64,000 nucleotides of DNA, from positions 32,001 to 96,000 of the IMG/VR virus record IMGVR_UViG_3300042890_006166. One strand, written 5' to 3'. The DNA comes from a virus. The notes under the pieces were generated by a model. That model was given only the letters and a program-made list of their open reading frames with translations, was not told the origin of the DNA and did no database searches. Of the stretch, positions 62,201-64,000 are shown one piece after another. A program made the translations under genes and the position numbers. The stretch's first letter is position 1. Each line of letters opens with the position of its first letter.

Positions 62201-63295
62201 TCTGGAAATTTTACAATAAGCCAAAATGTTCTAACCGTAACTAAAGCTTATTCTCTTTTAATTACCGGTTCTCAGTTTGGATTTTTGAACATTTTTACTT
62301 CAGTTCCACACAACTACGTTTCGGGTCAAGGTGTTTATCTAGGTGGTTTCATGCCCGAAATAAACTCCAATTGGAATATTATTATTCCATCAGGTTCAAC
62401 TGGATATTCTTTTCAAATCCCTTATATTTTGGGACCAACTGCAGGAGTTGGTTTAACGGGTGGACCTGGTTCTATAGCCGGAGCAACCGCATACTTTGTT
62501 GATCCTTCTGTGTGGAACAGTCAGACGGTTACTGGAAGCGGGAATATATCGGTATCCATTAATAATCGTGTCGTGGGGGCTACATCTTCTGGATCCAATT
62601 TGCAAGCAACTGTGAATTCTATCGTTCAGCAAATAAATTCGGTTGTAACTCAGCCAGACTACTTTGCACAGACTTTTAACCCAACATCCATCCCAGCAGT
62701 TGTAAACCTAGTGTCTGACGTTGATTCTGGAAATATAGGAAATGGAGATTCTTTGAGTGTTTCTGTTACCGGATCACTTCAGGTCGTTTCCGTTGATCCT
62801 TTTCTTTCTGGTGGTATAACTGGTTCTTCTTCTTTTGTAGAATGGAGTCCATTATCAGGAGAATTCCCAGTTGAATCTTTGAAGTATTACGGAACGAAAA
62901 ATTTGAACTGGAACACTTTCAACCAGTCAACTTGGGATGAGGCATACGCCCACGGATGGTACGATTTAGAATATCAAAATGGTTGGCTTGGCGGATTTGA
63001 GATTCATTCTATGCAACTTGGTGACAATGTTAAAATTAGTACCGGCAATGAGACTTTTCCGTTTCCTGTTGGTGTTACTTTTTCTGGTCCTAGTCCGCTT
63101 ACTTTAAATGAAGTGGCAAACCAATTGAATTCATCAGAAGACACTCACATTACAAATTTCTACTATAGGGTAATTCCTTCTTCTTCCGGAAATGAATCTC
63201 CAACAACTGGACCCACACAAACACAATTTACCTCTTTCCCTGTGTTAGTGGTAACTTCTCCAACTCCGCCAACAGTACTTACTCCTTGCTCGTAG
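59267..63295 (+). CDS. Large baseplate wedge protein (gp7-like position) with inserted beta domains
   Basis: IFPYIGSYK.LI.AL.FFGY..L.IKEYW core; PKD-like GQYDVT..LYD; follows the gp6-like gene. Confidence 0.6.
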   Translation: MTGLDLKFFNKRGDPLNFEYVGPTASGPLTATFNYLSDPTTTTPTSGFMSLLDLSSNTIYLSDTDQSGFSIVPWFNSIVTALTEGTKVMLTFTYYPAQTLVCVISAATISSGVVTLTSAQILGSPFISSGTPVTCDTKYENLSGGYYRGSIFFDEVSAGLYENEQLFIVQQFKDTSTSNLFLGFPHTGATGSANSPFWRTRWENSTYGDVDVSNIIFTYQIVENDPDIDGLPSILNFQNLAVPIIQNSGDVYSGGYIQTPESGTPSKALQINIGLNSGDVASNIYERKLVIEDITYGIESPYKIAEILFYGEIIGEDSRLDVLTQNLGRAFFGTDSVILKNHDPNEILPNYVEINEKRKELMVAGEEIFPYIGSYKGLIGALKFFGYQDLRIKEYWLNLNFNKVKLQPLQQNQEFLDNYGNTLFPNQQSMIADVLDNPNTGKYRLIQTYGPNDDGEYVLDISGEETLVPSRTYKKTALFGLYYDIVRANDELDPYGYPITQETFSFTQEEVLLKLFALMQRLKQSYLPLNARIVDITGEGVYFNIYNTKEWTDFLDRSDIESGNNVDFIANPDFGFIEDLRAFGIRQDPYGIQAPMNYNDVIDINVTVAGPSGNVFRFSDATGTSTSLFQASGNNPTLNLNLGKTYNFNLITPGYDFYLTTQSNLSQIDPLGVENNGASGGTVSLEVNPQEQTNLYYYSSVNTSLLNGQIILSPSPISDFGNTVAPLTNNQNYTGQQNSAMQTAIANFYYFKENGQLQFLGDSSQDPIQFVDPSTGQLYVNPIGMPLILELAVDRWVWDEMGQSWNSLNLPTFTTQPTALTWDTIDFSAYNEIEWIIQKSSTQPGTGYFYSFRGNILDFNKLAHFLPFTGQYDVTCLLYDSFNFVNRKIKKTAVTVSPKEITLDAWTRYRENELYIWEQTIRDWDSYQSIWEYPAEGKTENEVAKEIPPEILNFAVYGNNGNQVQNLQVFASTPAVGASGNFTISQNVLTVTKAYSLLITGSQFGFLNIFTSVPHNYVSGQGVYLGGFMPEINSNWNIIIPSGSTGYSFQIPYILGPTAGVGLTGGPGSIAGATAYFVDPSVWNSQTVTGSGNISVSINNRVVGATSSGSNLQATVNSIVQQINSVVTQPDYFAQTFNPTSIPAVVNLVSDVDSGNIGNGDSLSVSVTGSLQVVSVDPFLSGGITGSSSFVEWSPLSGEFPVESLKYYGTKNLNWNTFNQSTWDEAYAHGWYDLEYQNGWLGGFEIHSMQLGDNVKISTGNETFPFPVGVTFSGPSPLTLNEVANQLNSSEDTHITNFYYRVIPSSSGNESPTTGPTQTQFTSFPVLVVTSPTPPTVLTPCS

Positions 63296-63301
63296 AATTA
63301 A

Positions 63302-63309
63302 GATAAATA
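63302..63309 (+). promoter_or_regulatory. Late promoter variant GATAAATA
   Basis: Intergenic, 24 nt before the ATG at 63334. Confidence 0.5.
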
Positions 63310-63333
63310 AAGAAAAATTCCAAATAAAATAAA

Positions 63334-64000
63334 ATGCCAGTTAGAATTACAGGAAATCAAACGAGTGTTTGCGATTTGTGGGCTGGGACCACCATAATTT
63401 GGGCTCAGGAACCAACTTTCAATGGAATTACTGGTGGAACACAAATATCGGAAGACGAGCAAGGACTCTCTGTATTTAATGGCGGAAATTCCGATTGGGC
63501 TTTTAAAGAATATCCAGGAGTAACTGGCGATAAAACAATCATAATTAATATCAGTACCGTTGGTATTGTAAATCAAGATCCGATAGATTGTTCTGCTCCA
63601 GAACCACCTACACCATCTCCATCATTAAGTCCAACACCAACTCCAACTCTAACTTCAACACCTACGCAAACCCCTACCCCCACAACTACTCAAACTTCAA
63701 CTCCTACAACCACATCCACTAATACACCTACTCAAACTTCAACTCCTACAACCACATCCACTAATACACCTACTCAAACTTCAACTCCTACAACCACATC
63801 CACTAATACACCTACTCAAACTTCAACTCCTACAACCACACCCACTAATACACCTACGCAAACTCCAACTCCTACTTCTTCAGCAACACCTACGCAAACT
63901 CCAACTCCTACAACCACACCCACTAATACACCTACGCAAACTCCAACTCCTACTTCTTCAGCAACACCTACGCAAACTCCAACCCCTTCATCCACTCCAT
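63334..64000 (+). CDS. Thr/Pro-rich (mucin-like) putative virion protein, 3' partial
   Basis: Not in the ORF track because no stop is reached. ATG 63334 opens [18 protein letters not shown]...[21 protein letters not shown]... and stays open to the window end. Confidence 0.85.
   Translation, partial: MPVRITGNQTSVCDLWAGTTIIWAQEPTFNGITGGTQISEDEQGLSVFNGGNSDWAFKEYPGVTGDKTIIINISTVGIVNQDPIDCSAPEPPTPSPSLSPTPTPTLTSTPTQTPTPTTTQTSTPTTTSTNTPTQTSTPTTTSTNTPTQTSTPTTTSTNTPTQTSTPTTTPTNTPTQTPTPTSSATPTQTPTPTTTPTNTPTQTPTPTSSATPTQTPTPSSTP
63688..63996 (+). repeat. 42-bp/36-bp coding tandem repeats ([14 protein letters not shown]; [12 protein letters not shown])
   Basis: Three identical 42-bp units at 63688, 63730 and 63772, a near-identical fourth at 63814, then alternating 36/42-bp units. 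Confidence 0.95.

Noticed and set aside
767-63576. Dozens of short minus-strand and alternate-frame ORFs in the track (e.g. 767..970, 15294..15755, 25528..25926, 28190..28615, 63298..63576)
   Set aside because: They lie antisense to or inside long, motif-bearing + strand genes, have no recognisable motifs or leaders, and are expected shadows of strong codon bias
1-64000. Alternative genetic code (TAG/TGA reassignment as in some large phages)
   Set aside because: Conserved genes are full length in code 11, and TAG/TGA stops are followed closely by other stops or new starts
1-64000. tRNA genes, structured ncRNAs, introns or inteins
   Set aside because: Intergenic gaps are short and explained by promoters or terminators; no cloverleaf seen; ligase, clamp loader, RNase H and MCP have normal lengths with no intein splice motifs (by eye; tRNAscan/Infernal not run)

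Overview
This 64 kb window is a segment of a large T4-like (myovirus-type) jumbo phage genome read with the standard genetic code. It is AT-rich and almost entirely coded on the + strand; only one real gene, 37842..38552, is on the - strand. It carries head genes: gp4- and gp2-like proteins, TWO tandem gp20-like portals, a gp21-like protease fused to a 14-aa-repeat scaffold, and the gp23-like major capsid. It also carries baseplate/neck genes (gp5-, gp6-, gp13-, gp25-, gp53-like and large baseplate proteins) and replication/repair genes (ATP-dependent ligase, gp44/gp62-like clamp loader, RNase H-like 5'-3' exonuclease, exonucleases). Metabolic genes include dCMP deaminase, guanylate kinase, an NMP kinase, AsnB, an HldE heptose kinase, a GT25-like transferase and a Nudix hydrolase. 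There are two sigma factors (ECF-type and gp55-type), a four-domain ribosomal protein S1 homolog and a putative free-standing homing endonuclease. A-rich leaders without Shine-Dalgarno sequences, a TAnnTTTG element and a lipoprotein with an S-C lipobox point to a Bacteroidota host (inference). The most notable features are as follows. (1) A probable -1 frameshift at A_AAA_AAC_TAA extends the 888-aa head protein. (2) The portal gene is duplicated and both copies are intact. (3) A scaffold gene appears nested in the protease ORF with its own late promoter and start. (4) A three-tier promoter/sigma cascade is readable from the sequence (TAnnTTTG, then GAAAC-N17/18-TAAA, then GATATATA). (5) A family of putative head-packaged proteins shares an F-x-x-F...(L/I)NE propeptide. 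(6) Several enzyme-fold proteins have lost their catalytic residues. All product calls come from motif recognition by eye; no database searches were run.
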